Notes: generated by a model from the letters alone, not told the origin. DNA of 63,981 nucleotides, filler included, from Cladosporium halotolerans (GCF_011745625.1; 10 parts of 10 records of this genome joined end to end with filler, not necessarily neighbours in it); one strand, 5' to 3'; counted from the first letter of the whole stretch, positions 12,403 through 25,572 are shown. Made by a program: numbers and translations.

Positions 12403-13150
12403 ATGTCGCTCGCTCGCCCCTGGTGTCAGGCCCCTTCGCGGGTACGCTGCTTCATCAAGCCCCCCTACGCTCCCGTTCGCTTGATTCTCAGCCTGAACAC
12501 AACTCACTGGCTGGCCGCATTCCGGTACAAGTCTCAGACATGTCCAGAGCAGCGTTCTTGCGCATTCGCTGCCGGCGGTATCGCAACAGCCACAACCGTT
12601 ACATTGCGACGGAATCGCGTTGTCATGTCTGGAGGAGACGGCTGGAAGGAGTGTGTCACTGTCGGTGCTGCCGATCGCGTGGAGGCGCACCTCGCCCGCC
12701 AAGCTTGGTGCCCAGAACTCAGCGTGTCCCTACCCAAGCTCGTGGACCCCAGGGTGGTGCGATACCCACCGACCTTTGAGTGGTACGCGCTACATTACAT
12801 CGCCGAAGGGACGGGCAAATGGAATGACAGCATCCTCGCTTGGGGTCTGAACATCACAGTGCCCGACTTGCTCAAAGCACAAGAAGAGCTCGTCAGCCAG
12901 CTCGCAAGCTCGCAACGAGGAGCAAGTACCTCGCGGCCTCGTACAACGACACCTGTCGGAGCGGAGGTTGGGCCTCTCGGCAAGGCATACTTGTACGACG
13001 AGGCCATTGAGAAGTTTGAGACCCTCTACTCCGGCATGAAGCCCAGGTTCACTGCGGCCCGGGTTCCCCGCTTCTGGCGCGAAAGCGGAATCTTGGCTTT
13101 TGCGGAGCGCTGCAGCACGGGTGCTCAAGAGCAGATGGTCCAGGCCGGAC
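12403..13150 (+). CDS. Hypothetical protein, probably interrupted by the 5' end of a LINE
   Basis: Long open frame. Composition turns AT-rich at about 13150, just upstream of the LINE ORF1. Confidence 0.3.
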
Positions 13151-13217
13151 TTGTTTTTATTATTGAGAGAAAAGACATTTTTCAAGTAAATATCGTGCCT
13201 AGCTGGCATATCCATCA

Positions 13218-13868
13218 ATGGCGGCCACTGCGCGCCCGTTGCCGCAACCCGACGACAGCGTGTCGCCGGGAGCGACGCGTCGACTGGGTCGCTCGCGCGC
13301 TTCGCGCACCGAGATCGACTATCGAAAACTGCACCGAGGCACGTTGACGAAGGAGCGAATCTCGAGTCAAGGCGCCGACAAAAGCAGCGATGTGCAAGAG
13401 TCTCGGCTTGAGACGATATTGAAGGCCATCGCCGGCGTGCACGATTCCGTCGACGAGCGACTCGCGCTGGTTCAGGAGGCCATCGACCAAGTACCGGACG
13501 TCGGGCAAGTAAAGGAGGCTGTGGCACAAGAGGTCAGAGAGGTGGTGCAAGAGCAGTTGGAGGTCACCGTGCAGCAAGAAATCGTACATGCCATTGGGGA
13601 AGAAGTTAAGAGAACGGTGCAACAACAGGTGAGTGAGGTAGTGCGTCGGGAAGTCACGCAGGTCGTACAGCAAGAGGTCAAGAGCATCGTGCAGCGAGAA
13701 GTCATGAAGATTGTCACCGAAACAGTCACTGGTATTGTTCAGCAACAGGTCACTAGTATCGTACATCATCAGGTCACTAGTATTGTACAGGAGCGAGTCA
13801 CGGCCATCGTCGAAAAACAGCTATCTAGCATCCAACAGTCGAGCCCGAACCCATCATATGCCGACGTC
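13218..13868 (+). mobile_element. LINE (Tad-like) ORF1/gag N-terminus with octad repeats
   Basis: Coiled-coil repeats followed by the SPNPSYADV motif typical of fungal LINE ORF1. Runs into the gap. Confidence 0.65.
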
Positions 13869-13968
13869 NNNNNNNNNNNNNNNNNNNNNNNNNNNNNNNN
13901 NNNNNNNNNNNNTTAATTAATTAANNNNNNNNNNNNNNNNNNNNNNNNNNNNNNNNNNNNNNNNNNNN

Positions 13969-14582
13969 GGAATTGGACCTTTGCGAGTGTGTTCAGGCAA
14001 TCGATTCGAGAGAGCATTTCGTCTTTCGTTGCACCAGGTGGAGCGAGCAGCGGAAGATGCTGGGCGTGTGGACAGGCGAAGACAACCTCTCTCGTCTCCT
14101 CGGAGGCAAGACTTCCACCGATACCGAAGACTGGGCGCCGGACATGGATGCAGTGCGAGCTGTGAATCCATTTCACCCTGGCTACCAAACGTTTCGAACG
14201 AGACACCAGCACGCGAAGGCAGACGAAGAGGTAGATAGTGAATGGCGACGACGACTGGGAAACCCGTACCCTACTAACCACGAACACCACTCCACCCCAA
14301 GCACCCTCGTGCACACGGCAGGCCCCCGCTTCATCTGCTGAGGATAGGACGATGAACACTTGGAAACACATCTTCAAGAACACCCGCCGACCAGCAACCA
14401 CGAGCCTTCGAAAGTGAGAGAAATACATGTCGATGGCTTGACTTCGATGGTGAAGGACAATGAGCTTGGGAGCTTTGTTTGTTTCAACCCCACCAAGGTA
14501 GGACGTAAATTCTGAGACATAAATAGTGCGTTGCCCTTTAGGTGCTTAGCGCCGGGCGGAATAAAACTCATCATCATCATCA
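13969..14582 (+). mobile_element. 3' end of a LINE: ORF2 C-terminal zinc knuckle, 3' UTR and (CAT)n tail
   Basis: CEC..DSREHFVFRC..W..LSRLLGG..W.PDMDAVRAV, then AATAAA followed by catcatcatcat. Confidence 0.8.
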
Positions 14583-15279
14583 GGTTGGCTACATATATAC
14601 AGTCCTTACCTCCAGTATTAGAAAATGTATGGAAATGATTTTGCGCACAAAGCTACTGATCAGAATTGATCAACAGGTATTTGGCGAAGTGCAAAGATGT
14701 CGGGTGAGGCTCCCTATGCACAGCTCTCACGACCACCCACGGGGTCTTTTGCCGATCATATGCTGACCAAAACTCGCATCCAGCTTCGACGTGATTGAGC
14801 TCTCGTCCGGTTTCCTTTCCCTCCCTGGAGACGACTGGCTCCGTCTCGTCAATCGCGTGCACAAGGCCGGCTTCAAAGCCAAACCTGAGCTAGGTATTCA
14901 GTTCGGCGCTGGTGGCGACACCGCAGCCGCTGACCTTGAGTCAGTTGGCACGGCGGACCCAAGCCGTGTCACAAGCATGGCGAAACGGTTCATTGATGCT
15001 GGTGTCGAACGCATGATGATCGAATCTGAAGGTATTACCGAGAACGTGAAGGCGTGGCGGACGGATGTGATTCAGAGTATCTTGCGTGATGTGCAGATGG
15101 AGCGAGTGATGTTCGAGGCGGCGGAGCCGGCAGTGTTCAACTGGTATGTGGGAGAGCTTGGTGTGGATGTGACTCTGTTTGTAGATCACTCGCAGATTGT
15201 CCAGTTGAGTTGTTTGAGGGCTGGGGTCTGGGGCATGGCGGATACGTTTGGAAAGATTGCGGCATTTAGGCCAGAGTAG
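14583..15279 (+). pseudogene. comA: Phosphosulfolactate synthase (ComA/HSA32-like), 5' part missing at the LINE junction
   Basis: YLAKCKDVG, an intron, then FDVIELSSGF..KAKPELGIQFGAGG..MMIESEGITENV..VMFEAAEP..LFVDHSQIVQLSCLRAGVWG. Confidence 0.8.
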
Positions 15280-15930
15280 ATAGGGTGATAATTGCAGTGT
15301 TGGACAGGTATTCTGATATGAGATCATACAATTGCAGTGCAAATTTATGGTGACGTCCACTCCTTTTTAAAGGCCTGCAATATCTCACTCCTCCGCAAAG
15401 CCTTTGGCAATGACATCTTGATTGCTCCAAACAGACATTGAAGACAACACGAAATCACTCAATTTGTGAAAAGACTTCAAGTTACTGTTGTCTACGGGCA
15501 TTCTAATCATACCTGCTCTACTGGCATGCTCAGACAGACATACGAGCAGTAGTTTTGCTTTGGTGCCAACCTCAAGTCAAAGCAGAAGACCAAGTGATTA
15601 ACTAGATGATAGCTAGATCTGTCATGTTATAGTTGCGGCGACCATGTCGTAATTGTCAACTGGTGTTTGTCTAGCATTGGCGCTAACGTTGACATACAAC
15701 ATGACCCGAAAAGCATGCAGCACGAATTTCTGCCCTGTGCGTCGAGGGTGTCACCGCGTATCACCGACCATGCTGATGTGTCCTCGGCTCCCCACTGTCG
15801 GGATCTTCATAGAGCTGTGGATCCAAAACCGCCAGAGCCGTGAAATCCTGTAAAGCCGTATCGTCGAACGAACCCCACTGAACCTGCTTGCGCCTGCCGA
15901 CATTGTAATGCAATATATTGAGTTCGTTAA

Positions 15931-16926
15931 TCATTTGGACATTTCAGAACCGCCCACCACTGTGTCTTTGAGCCAAGCCTCCAACAGCTCCACCGTCTGT
16001 GAAGCCTCCGGCATTCTGGTTATTTGAGCAAGATACTTCTTGTGCGCTGGATGATGTTTACAGCACCAATCCTTGATTGTGTGAGCTCCCGTACACGCTG
16101 GGCACTTCAGCGCAGCAGTCCCCGTGCAGTCTCGTGTTTGGTGACCACCGGAACAGTTGCCACCTCGGGTAGCACGTCTGCAGTTGGTCTGTGTATGTCC
16201 GTACGTATTGCAACTGTAGCAGACCGTAGACGAGCTCGGTGTCCTGAAGATTTCTCGAACAGAAGGCGCCATTAGCCCCTCCTCCAAACAAAGCTGGCCG
16301 ATCTGCAGGGGCCAATCGGCAGCCGGCTTGCTCTTCAGCCAGAGTACCATAGATCCGTCTTTGCACCCTTGAACCTGCCCATGTCAATAGAACTGCTCGC
16401 TCGTGATGTACCTGTGGCTTTTCCTTGCGGACCTGCGACCTGCCTGTTGATGTAGGAGCTACGTGAATCCAATGGACATGCCATTCTTCGCGGTGACCTC
16501 GCCATAGCTACTAGGCCTTGGACTCTCTTGCAGTAATGCCTTCAACGCCTTGATCTCGTCGCCTTGTGCTTTGATGCTCTCCATCATGGCCTGGTTGCTT
16601 TCCAGCAATGCCTTGTTGCGATTTAATATAGCCTTGTTGCTCCCCAGGAATGCCCTCTGGCTCTCCGCCGTTTGCTTTTGAGCCGTCACCAGCTGTGCAA
16701 TGGTCTCCGCCATTGCCGCAAGCTTGTCGTTGACGCGGTCCTCGGCCTTTCTCTTGCGAGCCGCAGTCGAGGCGGTCTGGAAGCCGGGCGCAGCCTGCTG
16801 CGAGCCCTCGCCTCCCTCCACCACACTCGGTCTGACCCTCATCGTCGTTATCTTCGTCCCTCCTGCTTTCGCCCTCCCTCTCGTCACCATTTGCCACTTC
16901 GCACCCTCCCCGCCCTCCGACCCCAC
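15931..16926 (-). mobile_element. Degenerate LINE ORF1/gag
   Basis: Coiled coil and SYGEV, then zinc knuckles CYSCNTYGH..C and CPACTGAH..C. Frames are broken. Confidence 0.7.
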
Positions 16927-17430
16927 ATCGGCGCCGGCGGGCGTCGAGCTTCGAGCTCCAACCCCTTCCCCACATCCACCACCACCTCCCCCAACATCGA
17001 TAACATCGTTTGAGTGATTTCATTCATAACAAAAAAGTCCCAGCCTCTGAAGCAAGGTGATGATGATCCGTCGCTTCGAAGCATTCAGTGTCGCATTCGC
17101 CCGGGTGTCGTATTCGCATGTGGGGTACGCTACCCTTCAACTCGACACGGAAGATGTTGCAGCGGGCGGGTGAGGAAAGCTGCATCAACATTACTGTACG
17201 CTATGGGCATCTCTTTTGCAAGCTTTATCGGCTTAATAGGCTTTGAGGAGAAAGAAGCTGTCTTGAGGTTACGTAAAGCTCATGCACAAGAGTAAGCCTG
17301 ATTCCGACGCTTCCGGTCAGACGCTTCCGGTCAGACCTACGGAGCTCACGTACTTAAATTCAATTCTCTGTCGCCCGAATATACATTACGGTCGCGTACT
17401 TATACTCTTCCTCGCTCTCTTGCATCTCAA

Positions 17431-18123
17431 CATGTATCTCACTTTGGCTACAGGCTATGCTTCTCCTACTTGATATTGCTGTCGGTCAAGACGTCGACTA
17501 CGATGATTTGCCAACCCAATGTCAAGGTGTCTGCGGACCTATAGTAAACCTTACGCAGCGTTGCGACCAGTCAACTAACAACGATCTCGATCAACTAAAT
17601 TGCGTATGCTCTACCAACAATGTGAATGTCACATTGCCAGTATGCGAAGCCTGTTATGCAATGTTTGGCTCCGATGGACATGATAATGGGAAGTATGACG
17701 CTCCCTTAGCTCGTAAGAGAATGTTAGTAAATAAATTCTAACCTTTTCGGACAAGATGTGCACGACCTTGTCACGAAGTGCTCATTTACTACTACGAGCT
17801 ACAATCCAACCACCTTCACAGCCCCAGATCCAACTACTGCCATACCAACAGCTTCGCCACTCACGACTGTTTCTGCGGCTGGTAACATGACAAGTGGTAG
17901 TGTGACGGGCATGCCATCACGCTCCAGTTCTGCGGTGACTACTGAATCGACTGTTCACTCTTCAACTGGGATGAGCACTGCCGCTTCCGAGACGCCGGCA
18001 CAGTACACCGGGGCCGCCGGAAGAGGGGTGAGCCTTGGTGATTTTACGGATCTTGCAACAGGACCAGTTGGCTTGCTCAGCGCATGTTGGACGGGATGTG
18101 GCTTGCTACTACTTTTGGGTTGA
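17431..18123 (+). CDS. Secreted Cys-rich, Ser/Thr-rich, probably GPI-anchored protein (2 exons; 5' end uncertain)
   Basis: Hydrophobic N-terminus, C..C..C..CVC..CEAC domain, S/T-rich stalk and hydrophobic C-terminus. Confidence 0.65.
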
Positions 18124-18257
18124 CTCCATTTGCGGGCTCAACAGTGAGGAAGAAGAGCCAAGGACGCACTACCTAGGGATTCTTTCATTCTTGGTGTTGT
18201 GGAGGAGTATAATGCCCAAGCTCTGTGTTGCTTGTATGAAATCCTACTTCACTTATA

Positions 18258-20118
18258 CTGTACCCCACAAGCGGGCGCCGCACACAAGCGAGCGCCGCAC
18301 TTGCTACCACCCACGAACCAAGGATTAACATACTGCCACGATGAACGCGAAGATACCATTCTACATCTATCCACATATGTAGCATGTCATCACGCATTTT
18401 TGGAGCAGGTTCGGGAGTTGTGCCCGGGTTTGTGACAACTTCTACAGTGCCGCGGTCTTTGCCGAGTCGCTCTTGACTGGACCTTACTCGACTGCGTTCC
18501 TCGCTGTACCGGCGTACTCAACGTTTTCTGATGTAACACGACATTCGCATCCTTGACCGACAAGGATCCTCCCTGCTGCACACGTGTTTTTGAGGCACTC
18601 CGCCGCTTGCTCAAAGAGTCGTTCGCCTTCCGCAATGATGAGTTCTCGGCTCGTAGGAGGGTCACTTCGTGCATGATCGCCTTACTGCCCTTGGTAAACT
18701 GGTCGACAGCGTCGAGCATCGGCGTTGGAGAGCTGCCCTGATGGCTGACGATGCGAGCCTTTATGAGCTTCGACTGCGAAGCTGCTTCGAGCGTGTTCCG
18801 TGGCGTTTTGGACACCCAATGTCGTCCTGTGCTACAACGCTTGTCCGGTGGGCTAGGGGTCTGTACTTGACCATTCAGCACACAAAGCACCCTTTCCGGG
18901 CTGTGTGGGACAAGGCCGGCCCTTGCAAATCCGGCGCACACGTTGTTCGGCGTCATAGCCAACGCGCGAAAGCCTCGCGGAACGCACAGAGAAACTCCAG
19001 CTTGCTGACGTGAGTTACGTGACCACGCATCAAGTCTTCTATCTGGCGACCGTAGGCTTGTTTCAGCGGTCCGAAGCAACCGACATCAAGCGGCTGAAGC
19101 AGATGAGAGGCATGCGGAGGCATGCACAACGTCACGATTTTGTGCTTCTCGCAGTAGAGCTCGAACTCTACGGAGTGGTGGCTCTCGTGACCGTCAATGA
19201 TCAGCAACCGGTGTGTGCCCATCTTCCGCGACTTCGTATGGCGGTCGAAGTGCCTGATCCACTCCGCCCCTCTCTCGTTCGTGGTCCAGCCATTTTTAGT
19301 AGTTGCGAGCACCCAGTCGCCCGGAAGGTCGCACTCCGTGTACCAGTTTGCCAGGTGATACTGGCCCTTGAGGATGACGAAAGGTGGGATCGTCCAGCCT
19401 CGTGCATTGACGCCCTGGATTACTGTAGCCCACTCTCGGTTGCCGGGCTGTGCCAAGCTGGCTCTAGGATGTCTGTCGGAGCTGGTCACGACCATCGCCG
19501 AAGAGGTGACTCCCATCATGAACCCGGTTTCGTCGAAGTTGTAGATGTCATCGTCAACGATTCCGTACTTTGTGCGCGTTTCCTGAGTCAGGCGAAACCA
19601 CTCGTCAATCACTTTTTGATCTTCGCATCTAGCCCTCCTGTAATCGCATTTGCGAGAAAAGCGCGTTCGCAACTCTGGGCGGCGCCTTACGAGATTAGAC
19701 GCCCAGTTCTTCCCTACACGCGGCGCGTCGCGTGCAGACAGCAACCGGTTCGCCATATCTTCTACACCACCCAGTCGCGGCGGGAAAAATCGCGCCGACA
19801 TATCAAGCACGTACTGTACAATGGTCTCTTCCTCTGAATCTGTCAGATTACGCGAGTTGGCAGCAAGATCGCTGCGTGCGCGGTTGCCGTCACGGCGGCG
19901 ACGGACGGTCCTTTCGGCGGCATTATATGTCCGAGCTGCTGCTCTGACACTAAGCTGTTGGTCATTTGTCAGAGCTTGGAGAGCAAAGTTTACTCTGGCC
20001 TCGTATGAGTCTGTGTTCATCCTTGATCATTATGTTATTCGACTTGGCAGAGGCGGCCGTATATTTCGGAGCAAAGTGCGGCGCTCGCTTGTGTGCGGCG
20101 CCCGCTTGTGGGGTACAG
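18258..20118 (-). mobile_element. Full-length Fot1/pogo-family DNA transposon (1861 bp)
   Basis: Perfect 45-bp TIRs (CTGTACCCCACAAGCGGGCGCCGCACACAAGCGAGCGCCGCACTT), flanked by TA on both sides. Confidence 0.95.
18390..20020 (-). pseudogene. Fot1/pogo transposase with one frameshift near 18960
   Basis: N-terminal HTH region, YNFDETGF, LIIDGHESH, HLLQPLDVGCF. C-terminal CRSCHKPGHNSRTC lies in a second frame. Confidence 0.92.
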
Positions 20119-20518
20119 TAAGTAATAGTCTAAGAATTCGATCGCTTATTAGCCTAATCTTTAGGCTTGTTGGAGGTTGGTAGATCGAGGAAGGTACTGA
20201 GCTGGACGTATTGTAGGATCCAACACTGCGATGGTATTGATAACCATGCGCACGACAGTGATGTCAGTTGAGTTAGTTGAGAGAATGACTACTGACTGTA
20301 GAATCTCAATAAACTACCCCTCACCAATGCATGATTCAGGCAACAAGGCATGCATAGGTTCAGGCATCCATGAGCTGCATTCTCAACATTTTCTAATAAA
20401 TTAGGTTCTAATAGTTTAGGTATAACATAAAGTTTAGTATTATTTTTAAACCCTTTTAAAAACTGTAACGGTATATTACTAATAATATAGTCGGCTTCTT
20501 TTTTACTAACGTGCACGA

Positions 20519-20618
20519 TATGATGATGATGATGATGATTTTCATTCAGGCTATGCACGGAGACCGTATGAGCCGTCCCTAATCGCTACCTAACATTACA
20601 ACGAAAGTCGCCTTGCAC
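20519..20618 (-). mobile_element. Probable LINE 3' end with (CAT)n tail, next to a short AT-rich tract (20390-20510)
   Basis: (ATG)n run at the contig end, same tail type as at 14569-14582. Confidence 0.5.
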
Positions 20619-20718
20619 NNNNNNNNNNNNNNNNNNNNNNNNNNNNNNNNNNNNNNNNNNNNTTAATTAATTAANNNNNNNNNNNNNNNNNNNNNNNNNN
20701 NNNNNNNNNNNNNNNNNN

Positions 20719-20816
20719 GTGGTTTCCAATGGTCATTTTGGTTCACGAAATCTCGTAAAGTGGTTGGTTCGGTTTTGACCCCAAAACCGTAACCAACCGA
20801 ACCAATAAGTTCACTG
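20719..20816 (-). mobile_element. Left end of a hAT-type element related to the MITE at 58875-59361
   Basis: Reverse complement reads CAGTGAACTTATTGGTTCGGTTGGTT..GGAAACCAC and aligns over about 98 bp with 58875-58972. Confidence 0.85.
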
Positions 20817-21922
20817 ATGCTGAGACTAGATTTGAAGCTTCCAGAGGACGGAAATACATGGTTGGCGTTGAAAAGGCGAACGCAACCTTAGGGTACGATC
20901 ATCCCTGCCCTGTGAGCACGCACAAGGATGCCCATACTGTACGAGATGCATGCGCAGCCCGAGAGAATACACTGATAATCCGGCAGCCTCTAGAATATCC
21001 TGGCTTGAATTATCAACCAGATATGTCGAACGCGAGGCGGCGTGACAAACCCTGTTTGCTGCATACTACTAACCGTTCTGCCGCTGTAGCATGGCGCATA
21101 CTTCGCTTGCAATCTTGTGATGTGGCAAACATCTATTGGAAAGTTCGTTCACCGGTCTAACGCCAGTAAACCCCAGAATTTCAGCTTGTGCAGGACTTGG
21201 CGGCTTTCACACCTCCAACAGTGTAGAAACAGGTCATCAGCATTTATTGCTGTAGCAGCAATCGTGAGTTAGAGCCGCTTTAAGATAAACATGCGTGTGC
21301 TGTCCTCTATGCATGCAGCTAGGCAGGTAGGCGTCAACGCGACGGCCGTAGATAAGGCGCGCTTGTATTGCAGGGAAGAAAGACCGCGCCCCATAGGTTC
21401 CCTCGGCGAGACCGAATGAAGAAAGAAGATTTGATCGTAGACTCATCATCGTATGTAAGCTTCGAAGGCCACGCGGTCTTCAGATCAGGACATACATCGT
21501 AAAATTTGTTAATCGTTAGCAAAGAGGGAGCGAGACATTCTTGTTCAATCGAAGAGGATGAAATCTTTTCACTTTTAAATCTACCAATCACGCCGCAAAA
21601 CCCGAAACAGTAGGCCTTTCAGATGTATAATTCCTTATACCAAACAAGCACGCAATTGGGTCGGCTCCGCATTTGCTATCACTCATCGTTATGGAGCCCG
21701 CCTTGGTCATACGAGGCCCCGATAATATACTCGCTATATGCGACGGACATCAGGCAGGTATTTGCGTGATCATGAGATGTGACGTACGTACACGGAGAAT
21801 GTCTGCTGTCCTTGACCGTACAGCTTTTTAGACTCCTGCAGGTTGAAAGTTTCACGCAACATTAATCACCTGCTCCAATCCTCCAGCTTAAAGTCGTATT
21901 TGGTGCAGCCTAAAACTTTCTC

Positions 21923-23300
21923 ATGAGTGATCAAGTATCATCAATCCCCATCTATTGTTCGGCAAGCTTGTCAAATCAGTACGACGACAACCCTCCTCCA
22001 AGAATGACGGCCAAGGCAACATCGAAAGTGGGCCTTCCGCGTCTAGATCCCAAAGAACGGCTCAAACATCGATTTCACGAGCCGCTGCTCCTCCCTTGGG
22101 ATACTAAACCCACGCAGGAATGGTAGTCACGGACAGCCAACCATAGCATTCCAGAATCGAAACTTCGTGTCTGATTGGCGAAGGTTTCTCAATGCTTTCG
22201 CTTGGTTCGGAGATTATCACCATGGTGGTGAAACAGTGACTGCGGTAGCGGCAGAATCATCACCTGGTGGTGTCCGTTTCTGGGTGGCATCTGCGCATGA
22301 AAAATCAGCGGCTCTGATACAAGAGACCCTACAACGTCTGTCGAAGTTATTCTCTGCCTCGGAAGATGACAGAAATGCCGTTATAGGCATCACTGCTACA
22401 CAGGCTGTGCAGTCTAGCAGGGACATAATCAAAGCATACATCACTTTTCTCCGTTTGAACTCGACTGCTGCCACTTCAGAGCCGTTGCTGGGTGTTGAAG
22501 AAGGTATGTGGCGCGATCTCCAATTACGTGAGATTGCGGTCCAGAAAAGTAACTGTGTGGTTGGACATTCGGATTACTACGAAAGCGGTATATACGGTGC
22601 TTAACATGCGAAACAATATTAGCAAGCTCTGTGACGCTTGTCTCAGTTTTGAGTGTAAATCGCAGCTTGATCGTCTAGTCCAAGGAGAGAGCTCTGTCCG
22701 ACATCACTCACACTGGGCGCTATTTCGACATTGAATCGGACGGATTGGGGTATGGCATCGCAAGGCGGCAATATTGACCACTTTTTCATCCGCATTTTCG
22801 CGCATCCTGAACGGAGCGACTTGAAACTACCACAGGCATTCCGACTTCCCGAAGCCGACTCGGAAACGCACCTCACTAGTGCATTGAAGCGTATGCTGTC
22901 CGTGGACCAACAACATAGAGTCCCTGAGCTTTACAATGGTCTCACACGGCTGAGAGGCTTTGACATGGAAGGGTCTTTTCGTCATGCATTTCAAGACCGA
23001 AAGTCAAAACTTAGGTCTCACGCAGAAGTCTTCTTGGCGGAGCACTTGTTCCTTAACAAGATCGGATATCTTGAGAACGACAGATACATCGTTTGCAGCA
23101 AAGCTTCATGCTATTGCTGTAGCCTGTACTTGCGCTACCACCCTGACAATCTTGTGGTTCGACGGTCACATGGAAAAGTATGGCGCACGTGGTGTCCGCC
23201 ACTCGTGGTTGAAGGGATGTCAAACGTACACGCGAAACACAATCTGGAACTGATGAAAAAAGTTGTGGCACCTTCGACGCGACGTCTTGGGCGAGATTGA
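21923..23300 (+). pseudogene. OTT_1508-like nucleic-acid/nucleotide deaminase, broken into several frames
   Basis: RFLNAFAWFGD..GGETVTAVA N-terminal block. HAE followed by YIVCSKASCYCC Zn-deaminase motif and HGKVWRTW. Confidence 0.75.
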
Positions 23301-24517
23301 ATTGAGAATCCCGAGGTGTGATAGGGTTGCTGACTCGTCTTCGGAGATATTCAACATGGGAAAAGGAAGCGATTTCCTTTTAGATAATTGTACTTAGTAT
23401 GCCATCTGGAATGAATGCCTCGACTGCACTGATGTACGACATCCATTCGCAGTGATGGATTCAGACGGATAGGATATGATTGACAATGTAGCCAAATCAA
23501 TGAAATGGAAGTGCTCACGCTGCCAAGTTTTCTTTCACCACGGACACCCCAATTCTACGAAAAGATGTTATTGAGTCATTATCCAAAACATCCGTGCTGT
23601 CTGCAGAACAAGCGCGGTTCTGTGGTTGGAGGGTAATGAATGTCGATAGATTTATATGGCATCAAATCATCCTTCTCCAGTGGTGAGCCTCTGTTGAAGA
23701 GTTGCACCCTTACATCGCAGAACCAATGTCCCAATCTAGGCTCGTGGTGTGAACTGTGCTACTCCAAAGTGTCAACTACATGCTGCAATGTTCAGAGTCG
23801 CACGCCCCAACTGCGGGTCGTAAGGTCTTCTCGCAAAATCATCAGCAGTCTGATCGTAAAATTTCTTCGGCTACGCCTGGTAGCGCTTTGATTTTTGCTT
23901 CGTAAAGGTACCCCGTGGCTGATTGTGCATTCTCTGGAGACCGATGTTGGAGTGGGCGTGTAAACGTGCCCAACACATCGTCTTATCAATTCACCATATA
24001 CGTCTAGGTGCGATGAAATAGGGTGCTTTGGATTGCATGCTCACAGCACTATGCCGTACGGCATTTTAGCGCGGGGACCGTGGGGGTTTTTCCGAGCCAG
24101 GTAAGACGCAAGATGTGAAGTGCCAAGGATTTAAGCGGCGTGGTGAAATAAATCTACTAGCAGGGATTAGAACGGCAAAAGTCGTGATAAGCCCGGGCCG
24201 TGTAAGCGAAATTGGAAGATGCCCGACAAGCGGTCGCTGATTGGCTGAGCGAAGCAGTTGGCATCCCAGATTGACACTCTGCAGACCTCTCGCGACACGC
24301 CTTCGCCACTGAGAAGAGGGTTTACCGTCGGATCTGGGGAGAGTAAACTGTTTGTCTCAAGCAGGGTTCGGCGCTTGGCGAAATCGATGGGTGACCCTCA
24401 GCCCTGAGCAATGCCGGTCCCGGGGCTGACGTTACTTCCCTTCGAAGTCCACATTATGAATGCCTTGGTTCTTGTCTAACGGATGCTTCGCTCTTTTGCC
24501 ATTAGCTATATAGCTAC

Positions 24518-25572
24518 TCAGTAGTCACATCCTCCGCAATACCCGCATCCCGAGTCGCATGCGGTGAAGTCTCCAACATCGTCGTCATCGTATCTGCCGT
24601 ATTCATTGCATTCGTCGTCGAGGTGTGGCTCGTCCCGGTGAAAACTTCCTAGGCCCCTTCGGTGTCCTTGTATGCGCAGTGTTCCAAAAGTCACGAGGAG
24701 GTCCTGGTCGGGCTCTGCTGCAGGACTACTCTGGGCCGAGGCCGTTTCTTTAAGGACGACAGATGAAGATGCTGCCGAGTCACGACAGATAGTCAGTAGA
24801 GTGCGTGACTGTCTCTCCTTCCAGCTTGGCCTGAAATGCTCCCAGCTTGGGGGCGCCTTGGCCATATGCAACCCTTGCCCATTGAAGGAGCTGCCCTGGG
24901 AGAGTGCAACCCGCGCGGCCGTCTCCACTTCAATCTTCCTCCACCACACGTCGCATAGCTTCGCTCGATAGATCTCCCGTAGCGCTGGCATGTGGACGAC
25001 GTCTTGCACGCAGTACTTCTGGATCTCCGTTGACAGTGGACGTTCGTCGAACACGGCGTAGCCACCACCGAGATTTGGTCGAAGAGCTTGTGGCCTCTCT
25101 CTTTGCTGGCTTTCCATTCTCGCTTGACTGTGAATGGAAGGGTACTGTCTCTCTCGATGCATTTGGCCAGGCCGTTGATGTACCGCTTTGGGAAGGTCCT
25201 GGACGCCACCTCCATCAGCTGTATGTCCTCGATTCCTCTGACACGTATGTCGAAAAGACCAAACAAAGCATCTGAGTCGTTGCGGATGTCAAAGAAGACT
25301 TTTGTAATCTCGGGAGACTCCAGGATGGATTGCAATGTCCGTCCGTCAGTGGCGGCGATTTTGAATGCTTGTTTCCCGAGCCCTGTGACGTCGACAAGGT
25401 GGACGGTATGCCGTGGTTCGACGAGGATCGTGACCAGGGATAGTGTCCCCTTTCTGGAAAGGTTGTTACCCTCAAGATCAACGTAGAGGCTGGGCTCCGG
25501 ACCTGTGCAGTCCGGAAGACTACCGATGAAGAGCTCTAACGCCGATAGCGAATCGATCATTTGTGCTTCCAT
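24518..25572 (-). CDS. DEDD 3'-5' exonuclease (EXD-like) with an apparent 1-bp frameshift near 25078
   Basis: YVDLEG (ExoI), VFFDIRNDSDAL (ExoII), EDIQLME, RPLS..YCVQDV (ExoIII). One missing C would restore KLFDPNLGGGY. Confidence 0.85.

Noticed and set aside
13869..13968. LINE ORF1 and LINE 3' end as one element across the gap
   Set aside because: They are on different contigs, and size-sorted order gives no evidence of linkage.
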